From the human T2T-CHM13v2.0 reference genome, Homo sapiens: a DNA stretch of 64,000 nucleotides. Made by a program: the position numbers and the translations under genes. The notes beneath the pieces were generated by a model. That model was given only the letters and a program-made list of their open reading frames with translations. It searched no databases and was not told the DNA's origin. This document shows, one piece after another, positions 14,331 to 29,413 of the stretch. Location of the stretch: the NCBI RefSeq assembly GCF_009914755.1, contig NC_060925.1. One strand, 5' to 3'. Each line of letters opens with the position of its first letter. Positions within the stretch are counted from its first letter, which is position 1.

Positions 14331-14659
14331 GGTCAGAGCAATATTTTATAAAAAGCCTTCTTCTACATTTATGTATTCTTCTTCTACATGTATATGTACA
14401 TTAATTAATAATTATAATATTAAGAGCAACAAATAAATATAAGCCATTCCCCAGGTAAATTCTCCTTCATCATATATGTGCGAGTAGAGGCTGAGTAAAC
14501 ATAACTTAGCATAAATGATGAAGGAATTCCTTCTCTGAGTGAGTTACCCTTAAAACTGAATGGAAATTATGTTCCATTTATGAAATTATAATATTTCAGG
14601 CAAAGTGAAAAGTTACTCTATGCCTGCAGCATCTGTAGAGAAAAAGCAATCAGTCAATC

Positions 14660-17270
14660 TGTTAATCAATAATATTTTTGAGCTCCTACTGTGTTCCAGA
14701 CACTACAAGGTACTGGGTTGAATTCTGTCAAGCCCAGTACCTATGACTGTGACCTAATATGAAAATAGAGTATTTAGAACAAAGGTCACACTGAATTAGT
14801 GTGGGCAGTAATCCAATAACAAGTATAATTATAAAAATAGGAAAATTTGGACACAGAGACACAGAGAGTGAATGCCATGTTATGACAGAGGAAAAGATTG
14901 GAGTAATAGATCCATAAGCCAGGGAATTTGACAAAGATTTTTGGCAACCTTCTAAAGCTGTGAAGAGGTAGAGAAGTATCCTCCTCCATGTCCTTCAGAG
15001 AGAATGTGGCCCCACAGACTACTTGATTTTGGACTTCCAGACTCCAGAAACATGAGACAATAAATTTATGTTGTTTTATGCCACCCAGTTTGTGATAATT
15101 TATTACAACATCTCTAAGAAATTAATATAACCAGGTATTCATGACTGAGTGGTTAATTGTCAGAATGGCTATCTTTAGAGTCTAGTGGGAAAATTCATCA
15201 AAGATGTGATTATAAATAAGTGAATAATCAAAATCATGCAACACTTATGAAGATGTAAATACAGAATGCTTGATATTATATCCAAGTAGATAGGAAAGAT
15301 GTCCCTGAAATGAGGCACTAGTCAGGTTCTCACTTATTTACTGAGCTTAATAGAGTACTAGGCACAAGAGTAGATATTTAGCAATTACTTGAATTAATGC
15401 TGAATAAAGGTAAAGTATGAAGTACCTATAAGGTAACTAAGATTAGAGGAACATTCTAGACAGAGAAAAGCATTATTTACCAGGACAAATTTTATTTAGC
15501 AAAAAATAAAGAAAAAATATTAAACACATATAATAAAAATGTTAGTACTAGAATAAATATTGCATTATATTGTTTACCAGTTATAAAATTTATAAGTCAC
15601 CAAAATTTGATGTTTGTACATGATCTAACATCCTGTGATCTCTTTCCCTACCATCCAATCTATTCCCTCCATTCCCCCATTTCTTCCTCTTAGTAGAATC
15701 CTAATTTGGATCAAATATCCAATTATATACCATGTGGCATGTGAATCTCAAGAAAAAATGAAGAAAAATGTAATAAAACAAAAGAATACTTTCCTACTTC
15801 CAATAATAGATTGTGATAAAACAAAATCATTGTATTCCCTTACAAATAATTGGTTTAGGAACTAAAATTTAGTCTCATTAACTTGTGGTAAATAATATGT
15901 CCAAAGAACCACTATAAAGGGAAACACATTGGACCTAATTTGGCCCGTAACATTGAAGTGAGTAGCTATATTTCATGCACTGGGAAAGATATTTTCTGTC
16001 TGCTGGGTGATATTGGAAAATCAAATGATAAGCTTAAGGCACATCATTTGGCACATTTAATAATTTATTTTACTTTGAAACATTAATAAGTCCTCAATAA
16101 ATGCAAATGGATATTACTATTGGAACGGAAACAAACCAACTGACCATGGGTTTTAGCAACATGAAAATTCTTGCTAATCCTTGTAAGAACAGGATAAATG
16201 GTTTGGGTAGGTTGAGCCGAAATTCTGATTAGGGTAGACACAAGAGAAAAGTGGAAGAAGTGAAATAAAATGGACAAAAATGGATTTTGATAAGGTTTAC
16301 TGTCCAAAAGTCCAGAGAAATTGGCAGTAATGGCTCAAAAGAATCTTCTCTTGTTACAGTGGTTAATTTATGGGAACAATAAACACATTTTTGTAAACTG
16401 ATGAGACTTTTCCTGTAAAGATGGAAAAACAAACCTCTTTGATAGAGACAGAGGACAACTACTAGAGCAGTAACTCTCAGAAGGTGAGAGGGGGTGAGAA
16501 CCAGTGAACAATTACAGCAGGTAAATCTTGGGGGAAATATCTTGTAATTGCTTCATTTCCTACTCTAAAATAATGCTACATTCATCATATAAAAAAGGAA
16601 AGAGGGTGGGATGGGAGGCATCAGAGGTTGGAGGAAAGAGAGGGTGCTAGATTCTCGAATCTGGAAAGATTAAATTTCCAGATTAAAGGTGGGATGGCTG
16701 AAATTAAAAATTATGAAGCAATTATAGATATTGGTAATGACAATGTCTAAGACATGACCATGGTGTGAATGCTTAGATAGAAAAGAGGGCAACCTTCCCC
16801 TCTGGGTTATTGGAGAAGTCAACACAATGAGAGGTCGGGGTATTAGAAGAATCTTCCCTATGAATACATAAATGTCCAAGGATTATGACAGAAACAAAAC
16901 GTTGCAGAAATTGGCAGTGAAGGGCAGCTAAAACCCTCAAGGAACAGGTGGGATGCATGGTAGAGGGTGTGAACTCTAATAATAATGATATTTAAATCTG
17001 AGGGAGTTTCACACAGGAGGAAGAGAAAAAGGGCTCACCTTCTGGCCCTGTTGTATTAGTATTAAGTTTTGGAAAGAGAAAACAATCACAATGGTGAAGG
17101 CCACAGGAGACGCAGTGTCATGGAAGCAGAGCATATTTCAGTGCAAGAAGCTAAATGCAATACATAGATAAAAGAATGAGTATAGAGAAATTATGCTAAG
17201 TGACCTGGAGTCCTACAGTCTCAGTGCAAAAAGACTTGGCAGTTAGGGTCAGACTGGGAGATTAATGTTT
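14660..17270 (-). mobile_element. Fragmented L2 (interrupted by MLT1 and a probable old LTR at about 15600-16080)
   Basis: aatatttttgagctcctactgtgttccagacact; tgaccatgggttttagcaacatg; gacaatgtctaagacatgaccatgg. Confidence 0.65.
14709..15129 (+). mobile_element. MLT1 (B/C-like) MaLR solo LTR inserted in L2
   Basis: tactgggttgaat...gacacagagac...ttgattttggacttccagactccagaa...aataaatttatgttgttttatgccacccagtttgtg...aaattaata. Confidence 0.85.
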
Positions 17271-18699
17271 AGCATATGAGTGACTTGGGAGTCCCCGGCT
17301 TTTTGTATTAGTTAATATGATAATAAGAGAAAATAAATGTAATCCTTTAGAGTAATTCTGAAGTTCTCAAAGAGTATGGCTGTGGCAAATCTATAATTGC
17401 TGAGCAGGAGGCATGAGATTTGCAGGATTCAGGGACCCCCTCCTTCATGCCAGTTATGGGGAGAATTGGTCTGATTTGGAGCAGAAGGAGTTTCCTGATC
17501 CCTCCTTATTCCTGGTAATGGATCTGTGGGATCTGGGGGAGATTATTTTATCTGGAGCATGGACACTTTGGGGCTCCCTTGTTACCCTCTTGGTCATCAG
17601 GAACTCTATGACCTCCCTCTGCTTATTTCCTACTTCTGAATGTGTGGAAATCAGACAAGGGACAGTATTATGGAGAATAAGCTTTTAGAATGAAGAGAAT
17701 ATGGGTTACTCATTTATAAAACATTACAGTGCCTCATAGTCAGTAACTGATAAAATATATGTTGAATTCCATTTGCTGTTATATAATTGCTAGTCTATAC
17801 TTAGTATCATTAGCATTTTAATTGGAAAGATCATTTATGTCGACAGTACTATCAATAGCAACTTGTCATCATGATAGATGTCCAGTCTTAAATTAACTAT
17901 TATAAAACAAACAAAAATTATATTTCCTATAGAACAAGATTTTACAATAGCTCTTTTTAAAGAGATACTCGTAAAAATCAAACTGACATTTAAAAAATTT
18001 GTATAGGTTCCTTAGGGAGTGTTAGATATAGACATGTTCTTTTCAGTCACTTTTTCTCCAGGAACAAGGGCTTCCTGTGGTGATCTAAATGTAGGAAATG
18101 TATGAGTGATGCCTACACTGTAAATTATACTGAATCGACCGATGTTACAAAACGAGGCTTACCAGATTATTAGTGTCAGTGCTAGAGACCAAAACATGCC
18201 TGTCTTCCTCAATTCTTCCAGCATTAAAGATAGGTAACTTTATCACTGTGCATTCAATACCCGAAGGGAGACAGATACTACTAATTAGTTTGCAAAAGCC
18301 ATCATTTTTGGTTCCACGATATTTTACTGAGAATGTTAATGTGTGCATAACCCTAATTTTTGATGCTTTACCATCATCATACCCTGGTTAGTACAGCAGA
18401 CAGTATGATGTTAAAAACGGAACAAGGGTTTAGCTTGGCCAAAAAAAAAAAAATGATTTAATTGAAAGACTCTTCTGGAGAATAGCTTCAAAAAATATCT
18501 GTGTGTCTGATGATTAATACTCCCTTTAAAAATAGGCTTTAAAATTATGTTGTGATCTCAATGCTCCATATCATAATATAAACATTCAACTAAAGTAATA
18601 AAATACCTTATAAATAATGTCAAACTGGACGGTTGTTGCCTTAATAATGTCAATAATATAGATAATATCATCTAAAATTTTTAGTTCTCTTATACAGAC

Positions 18700-18880
18700 T
18701 GGGAATTGAGTTGTATATTACGAGCTTCTTTCATTTAATTCTCATAACATTTCTGTGATGTAGATAATATTACTACTTCTACTTTACTGATGAAAGAAAA
18801 AACCCTGAGAGTAAGAAAAGTGAGGTAACTTGACTTGGTTACTCAGCTCAGACATAGTGCAACTGGAAATCTCAAACAGT
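18700..18880 (-). mobile_element. MIR SINE
   Basis: catttaattctcataac...gtagataatattactacttctactttactgatg...ggtaacttg. Confidence 0.65.
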
Positions 18881-21800
18881 CTGCATCTCTTATATGATAC
18901 ATTGTACTGCAGTTTCGATAGGGTGGAACATGTTTAAAGGGATTTTCTAAAAAGGTCACTTTTGATCCTTTCCAATATAAAAGTTATTTTTTAAAAAAGA
19001 AAGATACTCCCAACTTGTAATAGTTCACATTTCTTTTTCACTTTCACATTTTTTATATTTTGTCAGTAAAGGTAAGGATGAAAAATTTAAAACCTCCATG
19101 TACAGTAGGGCCCTTGTAGTTCCACTGGCATTCTATAAACACCTGAGTACACTGTAAGGGGAAAAAAATCTTTATTCTCAATTCAATTAATAAATAATTT
19201 GAGGCTTAAAACAGTAATTAGCATTCTCTTTTTTACATAGTCTTTTAAAATGCTATTAGTAAAATGAAATACTTGTTTAAATCTTAATTTAAGTTGCTTG
19301 ATATGTTCACAGTTACTATACTTTGTAGTTATGGCCAGACTTGAATCAAATTATTGGGGATAAAACATGTCTGAATAAAAAGCTGTGAAGAGTATTTTGC
19401 CAAGGACCAAAATATACCCATGAATATCTAGAACCATTATATATTATAATATTAAGGGCATGTATCTAGTACATTATTTCAATTTTGTTGTATTTCTAAT
19501 ATTTGCTTGAATGATAACTGAAGGACTCTGGCAAACATTACATATGCATAACATATATTAAGCACACATTTACATGTATGCATATGCATGCATGTATTTA
19601 AATACATATTCATGTACATAGTGTCAGACAAGGGATCAATAAGTGGAGCTGGGATGATTTAAAAATTTTCTTAAGATCGTGAGAGGAATCGGGTATTACT
19701 ATGCTAACCCAACTTATTGATTGATTGATAATGGCCTTCTGCCTTCGGTGCAATTCTAAAAGAGATGCTAACGTGGGACCAGGTCTAAAGGGGAAAAGAG
19801 AACTCCATGGGGAAGGAGAAACATAAATCAATAAGCTTTTCATCATACACATGAACAGAACCTGTAATATAAAGTATATTCAGAATCTATTTCTGTGATA
19901 CATATAACAACGGTGAATGGAAATCAGCAGATTTTTTATATGCATTTATTTTTAATGAACTGATAAACATTAGAAAACTTTAGACATAAAATTTCAACAT
20001 TCCATACTCATTTTTAATTGGCTAGTAAAATCATGTATTTAAAAAGAGAAACTCAAAATATATTTTTGATTTATTTTCTTACATATAGCTCTCATCTCAG
20101 ACTACTAAATCTAATAGCATGCTGAAAAACCTGGAGTGCATGTATTACTCTCAAAATGGTTGCTAAAATTTGCATTTGATTATGCTAAAATGGATGTTAT
20201 GGCTAGTTTTGTGCACTCACCGCAGAATTTCAGTTTTAAAAAGTGTTTTAATGTATCCACATGCCTGCCCTAAAGCTAAGCCAAGAAAGTAAGAAATATA
20301 TAGAGGAAACATGGTTTAAGTATTTTATTTTAAAATTTCCCTTTGCCTGAAAACTATTTAACTTGAGAAATTACAAACTTCCAAGTATTTCATTATTTTA
20401 TACTCAACTTTAATCCATAGAAAATATATAATGTCAACTATATTGAATTTTTAATTTCTTATCAGTTAGGTATGGGAAGTATTGTAGGTAAATTGTTCAT
20501 CTTAATTAGTATGGAGCTTGATTCAAAGTCCAAGTTAAACCAGGAAAGCTTTACATTATTTTTAAAAGTGTCAAGCTGTTCACTACTGTAACAATTTATA
20601 ATACTTTAAAATACTTCTCTCTCTTTTCACTTATGATTATTTAGTCTCCCTTACTATGGAGTATTTAATGAGTCCTTAGAACAAAATATAATTCCCTTTT
20701 TTAATAAAAATGGAATTATTAAAGATAGCACAATTAAAATGTCATTATTTCCAGTAATTCTGATTTCAGCTTGTAATGGGTTTCTTGCACTGTTTTTCAA
20801 ATTACTAATTATCTGTTCTTTAGAGAATATGAATGCACATATGCCAAAAAAGGAAAACCTCTAAATTTGTATTATTTCAAACTATGACTATGCTGTTTCT
20901 TCAGTCAACCTACTTCAAATAGTAGTTTCATGGATCCTAATCTTCTCTCAGATAAGACCCTTAAAATATCACATATCTATTACTAGAAAGAGAGATATTA
21001 AAATTAAAGCATAGCAAAAAAGATAAAGATACAAAATTTAAAGGTAAACACAAACTGCATTCTGCTATCTATACGTTTTTTCTAAATATACTGTGTTCAC
21101 TGTTAATGCTTACCATTTCTATATAAATTATAATTATTGAAATATTTATTTTATACAAAAATTCATATTCTTACAAAATATACTCTATGGATATAACCTG
21201 AATTTTAGAATTAACTCTGGGGAGTACACAGTGCCTACCGGAAAAAAAGACCATTTGCCCTCTGGAAAGGGAAAGACTGTTGAATGCATGTGGAATTGCA
21301 CCATTTCGGAGGTATTTTTATAGTGTGAAGAGAATGTCATTTTTCAAGTAAAGATTTAGTAAATCCACTAAGGAAGTCTTGTACATTGCACTTTTAATAC
21401 ACAAAAGTTTATAAAATTAAAGTAGATTGTGATATTTGTGGTAAGAATATATCTTGTGTATCAATGGCTTACATTCAGGCAGCTATTTATTTCTCATATC
21501 ATTTTTGCCTGTGGTTATTGTTTACTCAGGCTGCCACAAGTAAAACTTAATCAGAAGCATATTTTGAATTGCTCTTCTTAATACATTATTTTACTAGGTA
21601 ATAACAAGGAAGAGAGGAAGAGAAGATCTGACTTTATGCATAGTTTTGTCTAAATTCAATTGCTTAATGTAATGAAAAACATGTATTTTCATGCATTATG
21701 TGTTGAAAATAGCAAAACCTCCATAAGTACAGCTAAAAGAAGAAAAATCTAGAATTTTAACAGGAAAAAACTTTCTATTTAACTGCACTTTGTATGCAAT

Positions 21801-22404
21801 TCAATTATTTATTAAAATTGTTAAATGACTTCTCCAGATTTTCTAATGTATTTCAATGAAACAAACCATTGCTTCATCTTCAGTGGTCTTTGAACCCAGT
21901 AAATAACAAATATCTGTCAAATTAACACAAGAAATATTGAGAAGTATATGATTTTATAATATATGATTGGGTTATATATATGACTAAATTAAGAAACATA
22001 AATCTTTTAATTTAATTATCTCTCTAGAGCTATTGATAACTGTGTATTTGATTACAAAAAACCTACCTTCATTCAACTTCAGTCTTTGCCTCTAAAGAAA
22101 GATGCTTCCTGCACTCTCCAAATAATTTTGTTATCAACGATTCTTAACTAAGTTTTATTCAGTTGTAGGAACTTCCTCTCTTGAACCCTTGAAGAGTCCA
22201 TCGATGCTCTTTAAGTTTTTGGTAATAAAGAAAGGAACACCATTTGTTTTCCTTCTTAGTACTTTTCAAAGCCACAGTATGTCCCTTCTAACACCTTCAC
22301 AGATTCTCTTTCATTACAATATAAGAAAAATAATGAAAGAAAAGAGCAGAAGGAAAGAAGGAAGGAAGGAAGGAAGCAAGGAAGGAAGGAGGGAAAAGGA
22401 AAGG

Positions 22405-22620
22405 ATTTTTGTTGTGCTGATAATGCACCAGGTGTGACACAGGGTTCTGAATATTAATTATGTCATCCTCCTAACAAAATTTGAAGGCAGAGAATATTAT
22501 TGCCATTGTGTAGATGGGAAACCCAGGAGATAATAAAGTTAAATAAGTTATTTAATGTCACACGGCTAGTAAATGAGTAATGCTGGAATTGAAATCCACA
22601 GGCAACTTCACTTCTAAAGG
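22405..22620 (-). mobile_element. MIR SINE, preceded by a (GGAA)n tract at about 22350-22403
   Basis: attattgccattgtgtagatgggaaac...gtcacacggctagtaaatg...ggaattgaaatcca. Confidence 0.75.
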
Positions 22621-23090
22621 AAGTTATGTCTTCCACCAAGTAAGAATTACCAGCTTTTAGTTCCGTTTAAATTAAACTCTAATGTTGTAATAAGAAAGTT
22701 ATACAGTTTACAGTACATATGTATACAAAGAAAGCAAAACACTATCATCCTCAGTAACTGTAGCCAGGGGTGTAGATCTTGGCTCAATTCCTCATCTTTT
22801 CATTAAATCTTGACCAGCCAGAGTAGGTTTGAATATTTCCTTCTTTGTAAGTCTTCAAAAACTAGGAATCTATTGATTACATTAAAACAACCAACTTACC
22901 AGCCATCAACTACAGAAACCCATCCAACCAGTTCTAAAGTGGCCATCAATTATTTTCTAAACAAGTGGCATTCTCTTTTGCATTCTGCTTTCAAGTATAT
23001 TGGAAAATAAATTTTGAAAACATAAAACAGAGCATCAAACAGAGATGCATATGTATACACAAACAAACGCACTATGCATTCCTAATTTAA

Positions 23091-23092
<2 letters not shown>

Positions 23093-23124
<32 letters not shown>
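23093..23124. repeat. (AT)n microsatellite
   Basis: About 16 perfect AT units. Confidence 0.95.
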
Positions 23125-23127
<3 letters not shown>

Positions 23128-26100
23128 ACTAACAGATTTCTATATTATTACTAACTGATCATGTCTTCTTAAATCTTCCCATCTGCTAAGCTGGATATGG
23201 GGAGAGGGTGCAAATGGGGAAGAAAAGGACAACCAAATTGATGTACAGTCAGGTAAACATAGTCCTTTTCAGTACCTAAACATTTCCCTTTACATACATC
23301 TCCCAACTCAGTATGCATAAAGCTTCACATTTCTCCATTTTTAAAATGTCTCTTCAAGACAAAGGGGATGTATGACTTCCATAACCACTAGGAGGTGGAA
23401 GTTAGGTGATGAGTCAAAATGCAATGGATGTTGTGTTTGCCACTGTGGACTAAGAATTAATTGGTCCTGTGACTACCTCTGGACTCAAAATTTAGATAGA
23501 TTTTGGTTTCTTCATTTGATTCTGAACTTCTGCCAGTCACCTTCTTACCCCTTTGCAGCCTCTCTTACCTACTTAGCAAGTGGGGACTTCTGGCCTTTTG
23601 CATACCATTTGCAAGCCATGAAGAATCAAGAAAAATACCAGTTTCATGTTCTACTATCACCAAGCCTCCATGTCACATCGGAATTGTTCATAGATGAATA
23701 TTCTTTGACAGGCTTGCAGGCTCCCTAAGTAACCAGTGAAGTGTGTCGCTATGGCTCCTGTTCTGCATTTCCCATACCTGTCTCTGCATTTCTAGCTCTC
23801 TTTCTCCCAGACCTCCCTATATATTTGGACTCAGGCACTTGACTTATTTTATCTACCCACCCTTAATTATCCTTTACTCCTTGGTCTGAAAACAATCAGT
23901 TGTGTACCTTAGATTTCTTTCATATTATGTTCTAATTCTCTCTACACTGAGAATGCCTTGAAACTCCTTAATATAATTATATTCTAAATTTTGCATTCCC
24001 TGAATCAGAAAGTTTAAAATGTGAAATTTAGATATCACCTGTCTTGTTGACCAAGAAACACAACTGAATATCCTTTTGGAGTTTGAATACAGGAGGTGAA
24101 TTAAGGGCATATTTGATTATGCATGTGAATAATTAAATTAAATAATTTTAATTATTAAAAATCTCCTTACAATTTATTAAGAAAATTATCTCATCAAAAA
24201 TCATAAAGAATTTTAATGTTTGAATAATAATAAAAAATAGTTGACATTTTTCTGAGTAATTATTTTACTCTGTGAAAAAATTCCCTAATCTTTTTCCCAG
24301 AAAATATATATGTGAAACTGTCAAATTTTGTTAAAATGATACCATAGAATTAATATCGTGTTCAGTGAAGACTTTATTTTTGGACCATATATGTACCTGG
24401 AGCATATGTTAAAGGAAGTATGTGTTCTTTTAAGCCACAAGCTGCAGCTTTAAAAATAACATATAAAAGCACACAACCACAACCCAAAAGTGATTTAATT
24501 TTACTTTGTGATTCATTATATGATTTTAGAGGGTAGCTAAATGATCCTATCATTAATGCTCCACTTAACATGAACATTAGTTCATGTTTCTTGAGTAAAA
24601 AGGAGTTGTACAATTTGCTTTGGGGATGAAGAGTGTGAAAGATCATAAGTATATTTAAAAGGGGATAAACTCTAAGTTTTAAAACCTTCTCTGATAATCC
24701 ATATCTGATTAACAGGAAGCCGACTATATATCTAAATATAGCTTACACTGAATATTTGAATTCATAGGAGGGATGATGTAAAATTCTGAATAACAAAAAA
24801 GGTAACCTAATTTTATAGGGGATTTACTTCTTACAGATGAATTTGTGTCTCATGTACTAAGTATAACGCTGAAAAAATGAGTATACGCATTCTATAGGTC
24901 TGTATCAAGTGAATCTAGATAGTATAATTTCTATCATATTATCCTTATGATTGCTAGCAAATAGGCTAAATAAGCAAAATAGTTTTATTTTAAAGAAAAT
25001 TTTCTCTAAAAATCTCCTGAAACATAGTATAAAACTATAACATAGCTCAAATTTACTGGGCATCTATGATATGCTAAGCATAGTGTTTTATGTTTACATT
25101 TTATTTTAATTTTGTAATTCCTAAGAGGTAGGTATTATTAATATTGTAATAGCAAGTGAGGAAATTGGGATAATCAAATAAATGGAATGTTGTTCCCTCT
25201 TCCTTGATGTGCCTCTGCTGCCAAATCTTCCACCCTTTTTACTTAGTTAAAAATTTTCTTCACCTTTAAAACAATTTTAAGAAGCTTTTTTGATCCATCT
25301 CTTCCCAGTACCTCCCCTGAGATACCCGTCTTCCATTATGACTTTATTAAAGAGTGGTCATATGTCCATCATTGGTCAGGTTTCATGGCTAATATCTATT
25401 TTTATGTGTTTGCTCCAGAGATTATGATTACTTTGTGTGCAGAAATTACTATTAATTTACCTCATTGATGTATTTTTGTGCTTAACAGACAGAACACTTC
25501 ATAAATGAACATAAAACAATATAAACTAAATTCTATAACACTCTTAATACATGCTAGGTATAGGTGAATAGAAATGTCACTTAATGTTTTTAATTAAAAA
25601 CACACCCTCAAATGAAAAACAAATATCCACCTCCCCCAAACAAATAATAAACAAAACAACAGTAGTATACTTTGAAAAGAAATAAAACGTTTTCAAAAAC
25701 TTCTAATAGGTTTCCTTAGTTACTAAAGTAGCTGACTAAAAATAGAAAATCTACCCAGGGGAGCTAATTTGTGATCCTTTGTGCCCTTTCATCAAATTAC
25801 AATGGCTTCAAACTAAAAATGAAAGTGACACTTCGCGAGCATGAAACTGAAGTATATTTTTATAATGTACATAAATAGCTCTCATTTAGAATTTCTCAGG
25901 GGTTTTTAATAGCTAAAAAGTTAAAATGTGTATGTAGTACTCTCCTGTTCATAGCCAGTCTCTTGGTAAATGCAGATACAAGTGAAGCTGCAAGAGAAAT
26001 ATATTACATAATGTTTCCTTGTGTCGACCACCATGTACTGAAACTAGCATACAGACTATCTTTTACCTAAATATAAGATTTTAAAAGTCTCTCTTACTGT

Positions 26101-27326
26101 AAATGGCCTCCTTGTTATGGTCTGTTTACCTAATCTGAAATTTAGTCTATTACAATTTCTGAGATAAGACACATAAGCCATAATTAGGATCATTCACTTT
26201 TAGAACTGTAAAGCATGTCTAGGGCATCTAAATTTAGCTACTCCTGGTCTTAGAGATGAATATACTGAAGCTCCAATCTATTTAAGTGGAGATCTTAAAT
26301 TTATATAACTAAGAATAGTAGTTTGATCACTTTCAACCCATTGCTCCTTAAACCATCACACTCTCTATTTTCATACTTTTTCAAAAAGTCATTATTTAAG
26401 TCAATTAGCATTTGTTGACCACCCATCACACTGACATTCTACATAAGAAAGGTTGATATGGAAGATACAACTAAATGAAGATATCTCAAAACCATGTGAA
26501 GATGTGACTGAAAACACCTGATATGACATAGAAATGAAAGCTGAAATGAACGTTTTGCGTATCTGAATTTATAACAAACCTCAAACTGGAGGTCTGTCAT
26601 ACATTGGATATTCCCATAATTTGGGATCAGGAAGGGATTAAGATTAACAGACAGAATTGTAAGCTATAACTTATGAGTTGAATTCGGAATAAATAAGTCA
26701 CAAAACAATATTGAAATAGTATAAGACAATGTCAAAGTATTTTAGGTTTTCAAAAATTGTCGAGTTAGGCAAAATCAACTCTACTGATTAATGTAGTAAA
26801 GAAAAAAAGTTACTGGGTGATGTGTATTACACAAAATAGTTATGATACAAAGAGAAAGTTTAATTCTAGGAAAATTCCGGTTGTTTCAAAAAACTATCCA
26901 ATGCTTTTAGTCAGCGTGAGGTTTCAGCGTGAGGTTTTAATCACTTACATGTGATTGGTTACATCTGTTTTCTTCCATGATGTTATAGATTAGTTTGTAT
27001 GCAATCTCATCCAATATTTGAAAGTGGATTTGTCACCTATAAGCACCATTCTTCTCATATCTCCATAACAAAACACTAATTTTGTTCATTTGTCTACTCT
27101 ATCCAGGGAACCCTAAAACATTTAGAAAATGCTGATCTTACCAGTTTCATAAGTAAATACTGACTAGTATAAACCAGTGAAGGTAATCTTAATTCCCTTG
27201 TGGTGACATTGATTCAGAAACATTGGTTTTAGATAAACATATAGTGCAATTCCCTAACAACTATTATTTGTTGAGATTTAAGTGTAATACCTATTTTGGT
27301 CTAATCAGACCTAAGAAAACACCTCA

Positions 27327-28062
<736 letters not shown>

Positions 28063-28310
28063 GTGAGCCTATTTAAGTGAAGATTTCTGTTAATTACTGT
28101 AAATGAACCCAAATTAATAAAAGAAAACAATTATTTTTATCAAACCAAGTGAACCAGTTATACATACACATGCAGTTGTCCAATAATGTTATTTTTAAAT
28201 AAATTTTTACTCACTTATATTAATTATAATGTACTTTTTGAAATCAGAATTTGAAGTTACATTACCCAACCATGCCTTCCATTCAAAAACATTTCCTATT
28301 CTTCAATTAG

Positions 28311-28386
28311 CAACTATATATATATATATTTGATATGAACAACTATATATATACTTGATACTTGATATGAACAACTATATATATAT
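28311..28386 (+). repeat. Minisatellite: 3 copies of caac(ta)n...ttgatatgaa
   Basis: Visible tandem units. Confidence 0.85.
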
Positions 28387-29087
28387 TTCATTACACTAGG
28401 AAAATTTGTTTATTAGTGTAATATGCATAATCTAAACCAGACAGTTAACAGTAAAAATACATAATCATACTTATCACTAGAAGAATAATCTTTTACTCTT
28501 GAAAATAAATCCACAGAAAACATTGATAAAAGATCACTGATGTCGTAGATGTAGGCGTGTATAACAATAAAGTTTAATTTGCCTGCTATTTTTTCCTCAA
28601 AATGGAATTTACAGAAATTGAAGTAATATATTTTTATATTTAAAACATTACACAGTTGATTCTAGTTTTCTCTGTGAAAGTATAGGACATCTTCAAAATT
28701 ATAGAAATATATGCAATTAATATATTCATATATGAACATTAAAATATTAATGGTGTGTAATAACTCCTTATTGTAAATTAAAATTAGTTACATCATCTTT
28801 ATACTTAATAGTAACTATCGGTTTTAGAAATCCAATTTACTTACAGAAATCATTCTATCAGGCTGTCTGTTAAAATCTCTTACAAGGTATCTTCAATGTA
28901 GTCTGCTTTGCCATTAAAACCACCATGTCGATTCACAGAACAGATGAAAAAGTCCTAGGTTCATACACTGGTGCTGAACTTAGGGAATGAATATTAAGCT
29001 TTATATTCAATAAAAAATATATAGAGTTCAATGTTTTAGTTTGAACATTCCATAAAACTGGCCAAAATAAAAATTTTGACACATGTA

Positions 29088-29413
29088 CTTTATTTATTTG
29101 TTCTTCATTTATTTATTCATTTATCTATTTATTTGAGACAGGTCTCATTCTGTCCCCCAGGCTGGAGTGCCATGGTGCCATCATGGCTCCCTGCAGCCTC
29201 AACCTCCCAGGCTCAAGCAATTCTCCCACTTCAGCCTCCTGAGGAGCTAGGAGGCACAAGCCAGCATGCCCAGGTAATTTTTGAATTTTTGGTAGACACG
29301 GTGTTTTGCTATGTTGCCCAGGCTGGTCTCCAACTGCTGAGTTCAAGCTACCTGCCCACCTCGGCCTCCCAACGTGCTGGGATTACAGGAATGAGCTACC
29401 TATCTTGTCCGGC
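29088..29413 (-). mobile_element. AluJ
   Basis: gagacaggtctc...tcatggctccctgcagcctcaacctcccaggctcaagcaat: J-type diagnostics, diverged. Confidence 0.92.

Noticed and set aside
21209-21311. Plus-strand open stretch (INSGEYTVPTGKKDHLPSGK...) between ag and gt
   Set aside because: Weak splice signals and no recognisable homology.
28311-28386. Repeat-spacer-like pattern suggestive of CRISPR
   Set aside because: Human DNA; the spacers are (TA)n runs, so it is an ordinary minisatellite.
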